From the NCBI RefSeq assembly GCF_001194135.2, contig NC_068986.1, forward strand, positions 359,859-423,858: a DNA stretch of 64,000 bases, given 5' to 3'. Below are positions 24,453 through 38,099 of the stretch, in pieces. The position numbers and the translations under genes were made by a program. The notes under the pieces were generated by a model. That model was not told the origin of the DNA, did no database searches, and saw only the letters and a program-made list of their open reading frames with translations. Numbering within the stretch: the first letter of the stretch is position 1; the number at the start of each line of letters is the position of its first letter. The stretch is from Octopus bimaculoides (Eukaryota).

Positions 24453-24717
24453 TAGATAGATAGATAGATAGATAGATTGATAGATAGAAGGGCTTTGGTC
24501 GATCAGAGTCTATTGTGCCTGGTAGGGAGATTGAGCATGGAACGATATGATTTCGATATGAATTGCTAATTCTACCAACGGGGAATAAATATTATATATG
24601 TGTGTATAAATCTGAGTTTGACTTTGTTCACTAATATAGATATTTGTGTATGCATAAAAATGCTTCGTGAGGTGATATATTTAATCATGAACACATATAC
24701 ATGTATACACATGTGAT

Positions 24718-24758
<41 letters not shown>

Positions 24759-25829
24759 GAACAGACCAGATGCTAGAACACCTACGATAAACAAATAAGG
24801 TGAAAGTATTCCGAAAGTCATGTGTTTATGAAATATGTTTCATATTCATTGAAGAGTTTAATGTACACAGCGGTTTTCTTTAGCATACTTAATATATATA
24901 TGTATTTCCTCGTATGTAACCATAATGGCAGCTATTCGTTGCAATTATGCGTTACCTAGGTTATTTGTGTTTCCTATTTTGTGTAGGTATACCGGAAAAT
25001 AGATGGTAATTGCTTGTGCCGCCTCCAGAAACTCATTGACGTTGGAGTTGTATGTGCTTAACTAAAAGGAAACTTGTTTCCATAACTGCTGCTAGTCTGA
25101 TTATCTTGAATATAAATGGTATAACATAAACAGGATTCAGTTATGTTGGGTGAAAATTTAGAGGAAATGTTCCTTACAACTTCTTACATCCGGACATGTT
25201 GCAGACCGTTCTCAAAATATGAAAGCAGATGAAAAGTATAAGAGTTTTATATTTCACTTCAAATCTGTGTGTTTGTAATCACTTGAAAAGGAAGGAGAGG
25301 TTGGAGAGGAAGATGTTATCCTCAAGTAAACTTTTTGAAAAATGGTTGGTAGTTGAGAAAATGGCAAGTGTGAATTGAACCAATCGCTCTACATGTATGC
25401 ATGTGAATTTGAGAACTGTAGTTGTAGACGAAACGAGACTTTAGTTTCCAAGGTAATCTTGAATCTGAGGGCCTTTTCGATTGACCCTAGATGGAGGCCT
25501 TCTTTATCAGATGGACTGCATCATCATCATCATCATCCATCATCATCATCATCCTCATCATCATCGTCATCGTCATCAATTATTATGCGTATGCTATGTA
25601 TAGCAGTTATATCACTTGCTTTTCTCTGGAAAATCCCACATTACGTGTCTACTCTGGTGGCAAATAGAAGAAACTTTCATCATCATCATCGTCGTCGTCG
25701 TCATCGATGTTGTTGTTATTTTTTCTGCTGATGTTGTTTTTCTTGATCTTTTCATTGCCAAGACATTTGTTTCATTTGATCCGTGTGTTTGATCACACGG
25801 CAGGCAAATGTGGTGAATTCCTAGGATGA

Positions 25830-25945
25830 GTGAAGATTCATGCAAAATGACTTTCAGTATTGCAACTCCTTCCGTTCTAATTTCATATTCCATCGAGGTC
25901 GACTTTATTTTTAATTCTTTTGGGAACGATAACTTTAGTTCCAGC
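25830..25945 (+). mobile_element. Degenerate SINE family B head/central domain
   Basis: TTCCGTTCTAATTTCATATTCCATCGAGGTCGACTTTATTTTTAATTCTTTTGGGAACGATAA aligns to TTCTGAGTTCAAATTCTGCCGAGGTCGACTTTGCCTTTCATCCTTTCGGGGT. Confidence 0.45.
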
Positions 25946-28900
25946 AAAATGCTGGGGTTCGGATAATTTAGCTTCTCGGTGTCGGGATATTTTTGCTGAC
26001 AAACAACCATGTACCATCGTCTTCCGTGCAAATACTGCCAAAACCTCGAATGGTATAGCAACGTGTGCTCTCATCCCACTCACTTTTACATGCTCTTTCG
26101 CCTGTGCCAGACGCGCCTCCTTGCCATTTAGGGAGAGCGAGACATATTAGGTCGATTTTGCTGCCATTCCAGCAAAAGATTACCTGTCCCTTGAGTCGTC
26201 CCTTGCTTTGTTGTCGTTGTCGATCGATATTTTTTCGTCGTTGTTACTGTTATAAATGTCGCTGCTGTTGTTGATGCTGTCGTCAGTTGACGATAATGTT
26301 GCTGTCTATATTGTTGTTGCCGCTGTTGTTGTTGCCGTTGTTCCTGTGAATTTGTTTCTCTTATGAAGCAGGTAGTAGTGTGAGATTTTCCTGCTACTTC
26401 CTCATTAAATCCGTTAGTGAGCGTTAATAATGCAATATTTTGAAAGGAAAAAGAATAACGAAAAATGGAGGTCGGTTGAAAATTTTAAACGGAAAGAGGA
26501 ATTAAATGTGAAAGTTAAAACAAATCCCCGAAGGCGTTCAAAACTAAAATCCGTTGTAAACACAGACCAAACATCCAAGAGGTTTTAAAGAAACATTGGA
26601 ATAAATTCAAGAATTCAATGACACACACACCAAACAGGTAGCCTATATATCCAGTTCCTATCCAAAGATAACAATCTAAAAGCCAGGGCAATAATTTGTA
26701 TATAAAACTGATATGTAAACTACATTAACGTCTCTCATACTTAAAGACGGATACAGACTGAAAGCAAAATAAAAAGAATGATTCCAAGGAACAAGCAAAA
26801 ACAAAAACTGTCTATAAGTAAGCAATGGCTGAATTCCAACAGAAGCAAAAGAACTGTGTTAGTGATCAAATCGTGATGCACGGCGAAACATTTTGACTTT
26901 TTACAATATATATATAATACTACGAAGAAATAAACATGAGTGGTGTCATTGAATATATGTGCGTTTTAAAATGATTATCATTACTCATTAGCGATGTAAC
27001 TGTTTCGGTTTCAACACTCTCAGACCATATCATTTGCGAAGTAAGTACAACTCCGAATATATTATGTTAATTGATATTATGTTATATCAGATTGTGACTG
27101 CCGCTACACCTGTAATTGTTTTAGTAACACATCACAACTCATTAAATATCATGAAGAATGTACCATGAAAGAATTTCTCCATCATTTAGTCGCTACGTAT
27201 ATAAATGTTTCGAAGTTTTAGGCTGAAACCCGTTAAAAGATTACTTAAATTCAATTTGAAGGGAACGAGAAAACTAGAACAATCATTCATAGACTCATCC
27301 TCCTAAAGTACTATATCAAATAGAAAATGTTGGCAAGAAATTGCGACTTCAGTATGCATCATTTTCTGATGTACACCAAACAAATATTTCTCTTCAAAAA
27401 GAGTATCTTTCTCTATTAAAACAGTATACTTCTCTACTAAACTCCTTTAAGTAATGAAGTATCTCTAATGATAGATATTTTGAGTCGATTAAATCGTAAA
27501 GAGAGTGATCCTCGATCATGAGAAGAATGGTGAAGGGCAGTTTAAAACAAGCGATAGTGTACACAAGTCACGTGCCAAGTTATAATGAGAAAATAATCTA
27601 AGATTACACTGGTAACCATCTGAATTTCAAATTACGATGCCATATTTAGATTTTCATAAACAGGGGGGAAAAAAACAGAATAGCAACTCGATAATATGTC
27701 GCGTTTTCTCGTCGCAGGTAAAAAAATAAAAAAAATAAAGTAAATCATAATCAAATGATTTAATACATGTCAGAACGCTCTAATATCTACTTCACTCTTT
27801 CATTGTGAAAATGAATATATTTCCTCCTGGAATAAATATTCGTTGTTCTTTAACATCGCAGAAGATCAAAATATTTTCTTCTTTTCGGGATATTTCATTA
27901 TAAGTATTTGCCTGCTGATAACTCAATATATTCTACAGAAAGAAGAGGGAGATTAAAAAGAAGGAAAAGAGAAGAAAAAAGGGTAACAGCTAATTAATTA
28001 CAGAATTCCTATTACTGTAAAAAAGAAAACAAACCACATAAAAAGACGTACAGCAAGTGTGGATTAAATGAAAATAATTAAAAATCATCAGTAAACATGC
28101 GCCGATAACTGAATGAAGTCACACACACACAGACATCGCGCATACACACACACGGACATGTATCTATCGACATGTAGGTATATATGCAAATATATATATA
28201 TATATATTCATTTAAAATGCAGAGATGCCTATAATAGGANNNNNNNNNNNNNNNNNNNNNNNNNNNNNNNNNNNNNNNNNNNNNNNNNNNNNNNNNNNNN
28301 NNNNNNNNNNNNNNNNNNNNNNNNNNNNNNNNNNNNNNNTATATATATATATATATATACGTACATGCACATATTTATACATGTGTATGAACATATGTAT
28401 GTATATATATGTGTGTGTGTGTGGTTGAATGAAGAAATAAATCAACACTTCTCCATTGATATAAATGCGGAGAAAAAACATAAACGTAAAAGTAAATGAT
28501 AGACGAAAAGAAGTAAATTATCGGCTGCACTGGGAAGACAGCAGAGACAGAGGCAAAGCACTAATGATATTTCGATTTAATGGACGACGCGTGAAAACAA
28601 CATTTAACGCCAGTTCACTACCCAGGCTTAGAATTAGTTCCTGAGCCAGTCATTAATATCTACATTTGACAAACACTAGGTAAGGATGAAAGTAAAAATT
28701 AGCAATCGAAAGAGTTAAGTAGATATAGATTCAATAGTTACTATTTGTTGTTAATGTTTTAGAATAAAGTCTTGAATTTTACCTAATTAAACAGAAACTA
28801 CGGCATCCCTGTAAAGGTTAAATGGACAGTTTTAGAAAATAAATAAATTTCAAATATAAAAGACGAATTGTAAGTTTGCAATTAAAGTAAGGAATAATTA

Positions 28901-29011
28901 ACATTTTCATCTTTATCGTTCCTAAAGAATATTTTCACAAACTAGATGGGAAATAATCACAGCCAATTAGACGCGTGGCATAAAATACAAATTGTATCAA
29001 TGGAGACACTT

Positions 29012-29047
<36 letters not shown>

Positions 29048-30179
29048 NNNNNNNNNNNNNNNNNNNNNNNNNNNNNNNNNNNNNNNNNNNNNNNNNNNNN
29101 NNNNNNNNNNNNNNNNNNNNNNNNNNNNNNNNNNNNNNNNNNNNNNNNNNNNNNNNNNNNNNNNNNNNNNNNNNNNNNNNNNNNNNNNNNNNNNNNNNNN
29201 NNNNNNNNNNNNNNNNNNNNNNNNNNNNNNNNNNNNNNNNNNNNNNNNNNNNNNNNNNNNNNNNNNNNNNNNNNNNNNNNNNNNNNNNNNNNNNNNNNNN
29301 NNNNNNNNNNNNNNNNNNNNNNNNNNNNNNNNNNNNNNNNNNNNNNNNNNNNNNNNNNNNNNNNNNNNNNNNNNNNNNNNNNNNNNNNNNNNNNNNNNNN
29401 NNNNNNNNNNNNNNNNNNNNNNNNNNNNNNNNNNNNNNNNNNNNNNNNNNNNNNNNNNNNNNNNNNNNNNNNNNNNNNNNNNNNNNNNNNNNNNNNNNNN
29501 NNNNNNNNNNNNNNNNNNNNNNNNNNNNNNNNNNNNNNNNNNNNNNNNNNNNNNNNNNNNNNNNNNNNNNNNNNNNNNNNNNNNNNNNNNNNNNNNNNNN
29601 NNNNNNNNNNNNNNNNNNNNNNNNNNNNNNNNNNNNNNNNNNNNNNNNNNNNNNNNNNNNNNNNNNNNNNNNNNNNNNNNNNNNNNNNNNNNNNNNNNNN
29701 NNNNNNNNNNNNNNNNNNNNNNNNNNNNNNNNNNNNNNNNNNNNNNNNNNNNNNNNNNNNNNNNNNNNNNNNNNNNNNNNNNNNNNNTGTGTGTGTGTGT
29801 GTGTTTACTCTATTTAAAGACACCTGTCATTTGCTGTAAGCTTTCCTTTATACCTCATAAGACAAAAATAAACGAGAGAATTCTTCGTTTATTTACAGAA
29901 AACACGTTGTGGTCAACTGACATGCATAATGGAGGGTCTTCTTAGAGTTATACTGCTTGACCTCACAAATAATACTCTTGTATAACTTGTTGAAAGTGGA
30001 TCTGTTTCTGTTGGCAACCGGGTCTCTTAAATGGCAGAACTTTTAAATTTGATCACAGATGTTAACAAAAAAAAAATGCTGATCAGCGATCAAATAGATA
30101 ATTTCGACAATCTTCAATTTCTACAATCTCCAATCTTCAATAGTAAGTACTATAGATATACAAACATCTTAGTTTAGTA

Positions 30180-30548
30180 TTTGTTCCACCAGGGTTTGCA
30201 GGACGTCCTTGTCGAGCTCTACAGATTTTCCAGGACGAGGCTCGTCTTCTAGGCTGTAGTTTCTGGCTCGGAACTTCTAGAACCACCGTTGACACTGGCT
30301 TACGCTTATTGCCCGATTCCCATATACTGCATTTCTATTTGTTGCTATTTCCGTTGCGTTGTTGCCTTTATTGAACTCATAAAGCAAAATAAGCCGAATA
30401 TATTCCTTTAGCGCTTTCTTTATAGCTTTGCAAAATAACTCTTAAAATCGAACCGCATTTTTCAAAATTTGCACTAAGGATAAGTACAAGGTAAAATTAC
30501 AAACTGCCTTTATAGAAAGTTAATGCAGGTAGTTTATCCCGTCACCCT
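30180..30548 (-). mobile_element. Mariner transposon remnant (N-terminal HTH region)
   Basis: Minus-strand translation EYIRLILLYEFNKGNNATEIATNRNAVYGNRAISVSQCQRWF*KFRARNYSLEDEPRPGKSVELDKDVLQTLVEQ, a classic mariner N-terminus with one in-frame stop. A TIR-like AGGGTGACGGGATAAA abuts the 10-N gap. Confidence 0.85.
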
Positions 30549-31686
30549 NNNNNNNNNNTATATAGGGGTATGTGTATATGTATGCATGTGTGTTCGCGCT
30601 TCAAAAGAAAATACCCTTCCAGAGACTTGCCCAAAGTGTCGTACATCGAGACGATCGAAATCAAAACCACATCATTGTGAAGCGAAACGTTTTAGACTTA
30701 CGTCCAACACTTCGTCTGTGTCCCTGAGTTATGTGAGCATGAGTGATTGTGTGAGCGCGGGTATGAGTGTGTGCATGTTTGTGTGTGAGTGCCTGTATAT
30801 GTCTATGCATAAATGTGTATGCATGTATGCGTGTGTTTATTAAACTGAACGCTGTGTAACTATACAACACAGCTTAAAACTGAAATTTAAAAAATCAAAG
30901 CCTGATAGGAACGCAAACATTCTTGAATAGGAATACAATCCAAAATTTAATAATTGTTGAAAGTAGGGTTTTGAAAAATATATGGGGGTTGTTTAAATAC
31001 CATCTGTAAGCAACATTTGAGTATCCTTACAATCAGTTTCAAAACAACGAACAAAATAAATGGAAAAGAAGGCCTTACTGACGCCAACTTTGCGTTTTTC
31101 TACCTTCCCTTCAGCTAGCACTCTTAATTAGTTTGCTATCAGAAACAAGTACCTCTTATATTGTTGCATTGACGCCATGTTGTTTACAATAATTTTCCGT
31201 GAAAAATGTTCTTTATGTTTTTTCACAAACAAATTTCACTCCTTCAAAAGGGTTAAGCATACACGTAAACAGACTAAAAGATCCTGAAATAGAGAAAGTT
31301 ATTTATCCGTTGTTTCTACTTTGAAATCTGATAATTTAGTAACAAAGAATGACGTATGAACAACAACCAATCATGTCTTGTGAAATTTATTAGGTGGAAT
31401 ATTTTTCCCGATTTCAGAAAAATTGTAGTGTTTGAGAACAATTATTTCTGTTTGTTATAATGTCATTAGATTTTCATTTTTAAATAATGCTCAGGTGTGT
31501 ATTATTCAATAAATAATAAAGATTAGACTTTTAATAATCCTTCAAGATCTTTTCCTACAGTGTCTATTCATTAGAGAAATGCATTACTTTGCAAGGAAAC
31601 ATAATCTAGAAGTAAATTTCTCCTATACAAATTACACTGTAGAAGAATGATTATATCGTTTATAAAGGGGTTTTTATTTTTTGCAG

Positions 31687-31794
31687 TTACTTCCATATTT
31701 TACCATCCTACGATATATAAACGCGACACATTAATCAATAGATACAATACAGATAAAAAGATTGACACGTCCTTATGATGCCAGGCTACTGCAG
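31687..31794 (+). other. Candidate 108-nt host exon (non-coding, or 5'UTR plus start codon)
   Basis: T-rich tract plus GCAG acceptor (31671-31686) and a consensus CAG|GTAAGT donor (31795). All three frames contain stops; ATGATG at 31775 would give MMPGYC. Signals only, no homology support. Confidence 0.25.
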
Positions 31795-32993
31795 GTAAGT
31801 GAATCAGTTTGCATAATTGATTACAAACTCAGTCTTTTCCCAGTAGGTTATTAATTAAACACATCTCGAGGAGTAATGCAGTTGCAATTTCTGGCAATCT
31901 TAATGGACTAGAGAAAGACTGGGCCTACTGCGGTGATTTTCTGTCTCAATATATGACGACGGAAATCTCCTTAGAGATTCTGTGATGCACAAAGTGTTAC
32001 GAACACTTGTCATTCTTCAAAATAAGAAGTAATTGAAACTGCTATATTCAACGCCCCAGTAATAATTTATTTTTAAATAATTTAATCAGAAGATGAATGA
32101 TAGCGCCATAACATCTTTGGAGACTCAGTAACTAACAGGATGAAAGAAAGAAGCTATTCTCAGACCACTGAGCTCTCCTGAAAATATCCTGGAATTAAAG
32201 GGTGAAGTTAAATTGGTCGACCCAAGAACAGGAATTGTACTTTTGATTGGCTTCTACAGTTTACCTTCCAGCTGTAATCAACTCGAGACAATAGTGGATG
32301 ATGATGGATGACATCAATGCTGTGGTACACCGGGTAGAAACCGAAACCATCGATTTGCGAAGCTAGTTTCTGGGCTACACGACCTTTCATTCACTCACAA
32401 CAATCTGGCAATAAATATATTACTAAATATACTGATTAAACATTTCACCAGTCCCTGGAATGTTTTCTAACTCTCTAAGACCACAATGTGTACCACCTTG
32501 TTACGTTTCGTATAATTCTTAAAATGAAGTATTTGCACATTTAGTATTCACATAACACTAAGCTTACTATGGACAATCTTTTTCTAGAAGTGGGCCACAT
32601 GAGACATGGCCCATCATCTGGCTAGCAGCACGACTGAAAAAAATTTCAAGGCAATTTTTTGTAAGGCAATCCCGCTGGCCACATATTGCCCATTGAAATA
32701 AACGTTGAGCAATCCATGGAAACAAGTCAAATTTTAATGAGTTTATGCCATTACTCATAGATTTGATGCCGTGCTGGGATAAGGGCTTCAAGGAAATTTG
32801 TATGTTTAGAAAGTTGGATGTTTAATTAATATCCTATTGGGAAAAGACTTTGCTTTTGTTTAACTGTAAGTCAATTATATAAATGTCGTACTTATTTCAG
32901 AATCGCACTTACGATAGCAATCTATATTGTTTCATATTGCTATATCATATTTTTCACACAATACCGTTTCTCAATTTGCAATGTTGTGCTAAA

Positions 32994-33053
<60 letters not shown>

Positions 33054-33284
33054 NNNNNNNNNNNNNNNNNNNNNNNNNNNNNNNNNNNNNNNNNNNNNNN
33101 NNNNNNNNNNNNNNNNNNNNNNNNNNNNNNNNNNNNNNNNNNNNNNNNNNNNNNNNNNNNNNNNNNNNNNNNNNNNNNNNNNNNNNNNNNNNNNNNNNNN
33201 NNNNNNNNNNNNNNNNNNNNNNNNNNNNNNNNNNNNNNNNNNNNNNNNNNNNNNNNNNNNNNNNNNNNNNNNNNNNNNNNNNNN

Positions 33285-33320
<36 letters not shown>

Positions 33321-33399
33321 GCATACATGCATACACACATACAAGCGCGTGCGTGACAGGTTTTTTTTTTGTAGTTTCCCTTTACCAAATTTCACTTGT

Positions 33400-33513
33400 A
33401 AAATATTGGTCAAACCGAGGCATGAGAACAGAAAATATTTGTGCGCGAGGTGTGATCGACCCTGCAACTATCTGGTTGCGAACCGAACTTCTTAACCACA
33501 CAGTTATGTCTAC
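33400..33513 (-). mobile_element. Degenerate tRNA-derived SINE head
   Basis: GTGATCGACCCTGCAACTATCTGGTTGCGAACCGAACTTCTTAACCACACAG is the reverse complement of an A/B-box head like that at 34969. A further degenerate plus-strand head lies at ~33890-34035. Confidence 0.5.
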
Positions 33514-34968
33514 GTCAATCTCATGAAGTAATTTAACATTGTAAAATACCACAAGGTTCGCCATAGATTTAGAATACAATACCAAAAACCTAGATTCCAG
33601 ATTTGCACAAGAAATTGATTCATTTTGCTTTAAGCTCTCCAAGATTTAACTTTACCGAGCTAGTTTTTCTGGGGTTTTTTTTTTCATTTGCCTTTTCAAT
33701 TTCCACACAGTTGTCCTATTTCGTAAGGAAAGTGATAGACCGAATATCTTTTAATATCATAGTTATGTTTACCAAATATGTCGAATTGAAATCCGATAAC
33801 AAATCCTGTGTTGTATCTTTGGTAAAGGCATTATTCTTCTTATTTCGATTTGTCAAGCTGTTGATTATGTGTGTATGCACATTGTGGTCGATTGATCAAC
33901 AAGTTCGCAGCCGCGAGTTCTTGAGTTCGATGCCACAGCGTAGAATCTCGGGGAAGTGCTATTTTCTATGTCCCCTCAGGTCAACCTACACCTTGTGAAT
34001 GAAATTTGTTTAATGGAAACTATAATGACGCCCTTTGATGAGTTGAATTTGTAATTCTAAGATGCTTCCTGACCATGCTGATTCTATATCATGCTGGTTC
34101 TGCATGTGAATTACTGTAATGGCACATATGTCTGGATTACACAGCCACTTACACGTTAATTCAGGAGCAGGTAATTCACTTGATGAAACGACTGAATCCG
34201 CGTTGTCAAACAGCGGAGAGCCACCACAACGACCACCACCACCACCACCGATGTCACCGTCACAATGACATATCATGTGTACATTCTTGTAGGAAGCGCA
34301 TATTAACGTTCTAAACACTCAGATAAGTAACACAAAACTATAGCAACAGAAATCTGTGAACTGTTTTAATGTTTATCATGCTGTGTTTTTCTTACTTCTA
34401 ATCCTCCTAGACTATTTGCTTTTGGATAATTTTCTTTTCTGAAATCTACACCTCACATATATTAGAATATTCTGCTGAAAGAGAGGAAAGTATAAGGGTT
34501 TCTGGAAGCCCTTAGCTCTTGCTACTCGAGTATAAATAAAACGTGTTTTTTTCATAAAATACATTGTATGTGGCAGGTAGTATCGTTTGCTAATCTAGCA
34601 ATGAAACTCTTGAGAATTCTTATTTATTTTGTGCTAAAAAAATACACAATCCTGATACTTTACAACAAAAACAGAATTTCTGTCATCATTTTGTCTTTTT
34701 TTCTTTCATATTCTTGAAGATATGAAAATAAAAGCTTTCATGTATTTGTATTTGAATTTTTGTAACATGTTCTTCATATCTTATGAAGGGACATAGGTAT
34801 GGCTGTGGGGTTAAGAATTTTTCTTCAGAAATTGGGTTCAATACTACTATGTGGCACCATATGCATGTGCCTACTGCTTTTAACTTCAGGCTAATCAATT
34901 TGTGGGTGAAATTTGGTTGGTAGATTGAGAAACTGAACGGAACCTCATCGTGTATATATATATATATA

Positions 34969-35298
34969 GGCGTAGGAGTGGCTGTGTGGTAAGTAGCTTG
35001 CTTACCAACCACATGGTTCCGGGTTCAGTCCCACTGCATGGCACCTTGGGCAAGTGTCTTCTGCTATAGGTGTGTGTGTGTGTATGTTTGTGTGTCTGTG
35101 TCTGACCCCCAACATCGCTTGACAACCGATGGTGGTGTGTTTACGTCCCCGTAACTTAGCGGTTCGACAAAATAGACTGATAGAATAAGTACTAGGCTTT
35201 AAAAAATAAGTCCTGGGGTCGATTTGCTCGACTAGAAGGCGGTGCTCCAGCATGGCCACAGTCAAATGACTGAAACAAGTAAAAGAGTATAAAAGAGT
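34969..35298 (+). mobile_element. SINE family A, full-length with an internal deletion
   Basis: Head GGCGTAGGAGTGGCTGTGTGGTAAG..GGTTCAGTCCC; CORE-like GCACCTTGGGCAAGTGTCTT; (TG)n; 3' part ending GACTGAAACAAGTAAAAGAGTATAAAAGAGTATA. It lacks the CCTCGGG..GAAAGAAG block present at 12870-12930. An older degenerate head lies immediately upstream (~34790-34952). Confidence 0.9.
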
Positions 35299-36289
35299 AT
35301 ATACACACATCTAAGTGTATGCGCATGTATGTATGTCAGTGTGTAGGAATGTGCTCACGTTCATACACACATGGATGACCTTCGATTTTTTTCTACCTAA
35401 AAATGCCTTTATACCTAATGTTTACGAGCTATTTTTATAGCATTTACGTACATCCATATCCAGTTCCAGTTCCAAAAAAATGAATTACTTCAGTTTTTCT
35501 CGAAAGTTCGAAAATTTTTNNNNNNNNNNNNNNNNNNNNNNNNNNNNNNNNNNNNNNNNNNNNNNNNNNNNNNNNNNNNNNNNNNNNNNNNNNNNNNNNN
35601 NNNNNNNNNNNNNNNNNNNNNNNNNNNNNNNNNNNNNNNNNNNNNNNNNNNNNNNNNNNNNNNNNNNNNNNNNNNNNNNNNNNNNNNNNNNNNNNNNNNN
35701 NNNNNNNNNNNNNNNNNNNNNNNNNNNNNNNNNNNNNNNNNNNNNNNNNNNNNNNNNNNNNNNNNNNNNNNNNNNNNNNNNNNNNNNNNNNNNNNNNNNN
35801 NNNNNNNNNNNNNNNNNNNNNNATGAGTGTTTCTAGGATCACTAGACTAGAGTAGCTTCGCGTATCAGTCGTAGGCTCGTCAATAGTGACTTCTCAAATG
35901 CTCGATCTTTTGGCTAAATCCGGCTGTCAGGATATGTATTTTTACCATAAAAATTTATAGCTGATTTATCGAAATGCTAATAAAATTAATATAAACAGCT
36001 AGCCCCAATATAATGCCATAAACGCCATTTTTTTTATTGCGCCTAACTGTTTATATGAATTGCTTGCCTGTCTTATCTCCCGAGGGAAATTTCTTTTCAG
36101 ATTGGCAAGATATAATAAAACGTTAGGCGGAACGCTTTAATAAAGATGTGCTCAACAATGAATCAAATTAAGACATGAATCTACTTGATAATCTTTCTCA
36201 GAATTTTGTGATGCAATCTCTTGCATCAGCATCATCTGTTACGGATGTAGATGTTAAAATATTTATGAACAGGTATCTATCGGAAATCC

Positions 36290-37570
36290 CCTGAAGATGT
36301 CACATTACCAGAAGAAATTGTTTTAATATGGCGGTAATACTCTGACTAAAACATTCACTGAGATATTAATAAATATATGGACTCAGGATTAATCCCACAA
36401 CAATTTATAGATGATACAATAGTCCATTTGTATGAATAGAAAGACAACAAATGTGAATGTGATAACGATCGTGACATCGTATTCCTTTCCGTTGCTAGAA
36501 AAAGCCTCTGAAAACTGATTTTAAATAGAATAAATGCTGACTTAGTGAATAGTTTATTTCTTGAAAGCCAGTGCGGCTTCAGGGTTGGTCGTAGAAAAAT
36601 AGATATAAATAATATTTAGCTTTCGGTGCGTGCAGGAAAATGCTCGCGAACATGAAAAAGGCCTTTGTCATGGCATGTCGTGAAGCATTATGAAAGATCT
36701 TGACAAAGCTTGGGATACCTGAATAAATGTTGAATTTAATTATAGCTTTGCACAGGGACATAAAAGCTTTTGTTACCTTAAATGGGGATCCATCACAGCC
36801 ATTTGAAGTGGCAAATGGTACACAACAAGAGTGTGTGCTGGTACCGTTGCTGTTAGCATTAGATTTGCAGTCATAATTGATCATGCTTTTGCTAATGTTA
36901 CAAAAAGTGTTTCTGTGGAATAACGTACAACTGGAGGAACTTACAATCAGCAGCGGTTTAAAGGTAAGATAAGAATATGCTTTCAAACTCTAAGAACCTT
37001 GCTATTTGCAGATGACTGTGCACTGCTGACCCATTCTCTTGAAGACATCCAATTGATACGAAACAAATTTGCTGCAGTTGCTAGATCTTTCGGCCTGATG
37101 ATAAGCATTAAAAAGACCGAAGTCTTCTTTCAGCCATGTCCAGGTAACATTCCGGAGATTAAGCCTCGAGTGTTTGTAGAATGGAAAGCTCTGAAAACAG
37201 CCAGTCCTTTCGCCTGTCTCGATTCTGTTGTGACAAGTGATGCTAAACTTGATATAGAAATTGAAACACGTATACGCAAAGCAAATTAAGCTTTAGGTAA
37301 ACTGCACCAGAGAGTCTGGAATGCCCATGAGGTCTCTATTAAAAATACAGGCAGAAATTCGGACACTCCACCTCATTCCCATTGGAAGCATATTAATAAA
37401 TTAAATAACGAGATACTTGAGACAAATATACAAAATAAAATGGGGTGACAGAGTGAGGAATAGTGATATTTTGTCGATGTCTAATATCCCTAGCATAGAA
37501 ACTTTCCTAATCAGGACTCAACTGAGATCAAGTTTTGCGAATGAATAATGATAGAATTCCAAAGCATGAA
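36290..37570 (+). pseudogene. RTE-clade LINE RT remnant
   Basis: Ordered motifs across frameshifts: YGGNTL..IW..IPQQF..IVHLY, FLESQCGFRVGR, NGTQQECVL, LLFADDCALLTHSLEDIQ..FGLMISIKKTEV, LDIEIETRIRKAN, SNIPSIETFLIRTQLR..RIPK. Confidence 0.85.
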
Positions 37571-37954
37571 AAGAGAATACTAATAATAGATGGATTATAA
37601 TTCAGTCTTTGAACTCGGTTTTCAAGGCAGATAATCATAGCCATAACATGTCAAACAATAGCATTTTTGCAAGTTTCAGTATAACATAGGAGTTTCTATG
37701 TGTTTGTTCGACATTTTAGAAATAACAGAGGAATCTCTATCAAATGACATCTTTTTAAAGTCTACCTCGAACCTGCAGGCTCATCAGGTTTATGGTTATC
37801 TAGATAATCAGTGTTTAAGGTACTAGATTTCCTCCTGGGCGAGATGCGAATATCATTGGTGTTAAACTTTCTCTCCCAGCTGCCACTGGTATTCATTTTC
37901 AGTTGAATGTGCTGGAACAACGAGAAAGAAAGTGTGTTGCTCAAGGATACAAGA

Positions 37955-38060
37955 TAAAAGAGACGTTTGCACATATAATTCCTGAATGCAAAATATTGGC
38001 TGAGAGGATCTTTAAGAACTGGAGCCCTGACATGGTTATTACAAAACAAAATCTGTAAAA
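37955..38060 (+). mobile_element. Small R4/Dong-like fragment (zinc-knuckle/REL region), tentative
   Basis: KETFAHIIPECKILAER (cf. ETxxHIxSxCxxLA), followed after a frame change by SPDMVI (cf. RPDIVI). Confidence 0.35.
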
Positions 38061-38099
38061 CTATGGATTTTTACGTATCTTTTATCTTTTATCTCCTAT

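Noticed and set aside
25612-26274. Cluster of overlapping 66-149 aa ORFs
   Set aside because: Overlaps a degenerate SINE and trinucleotide tracts; no recognisable domain.
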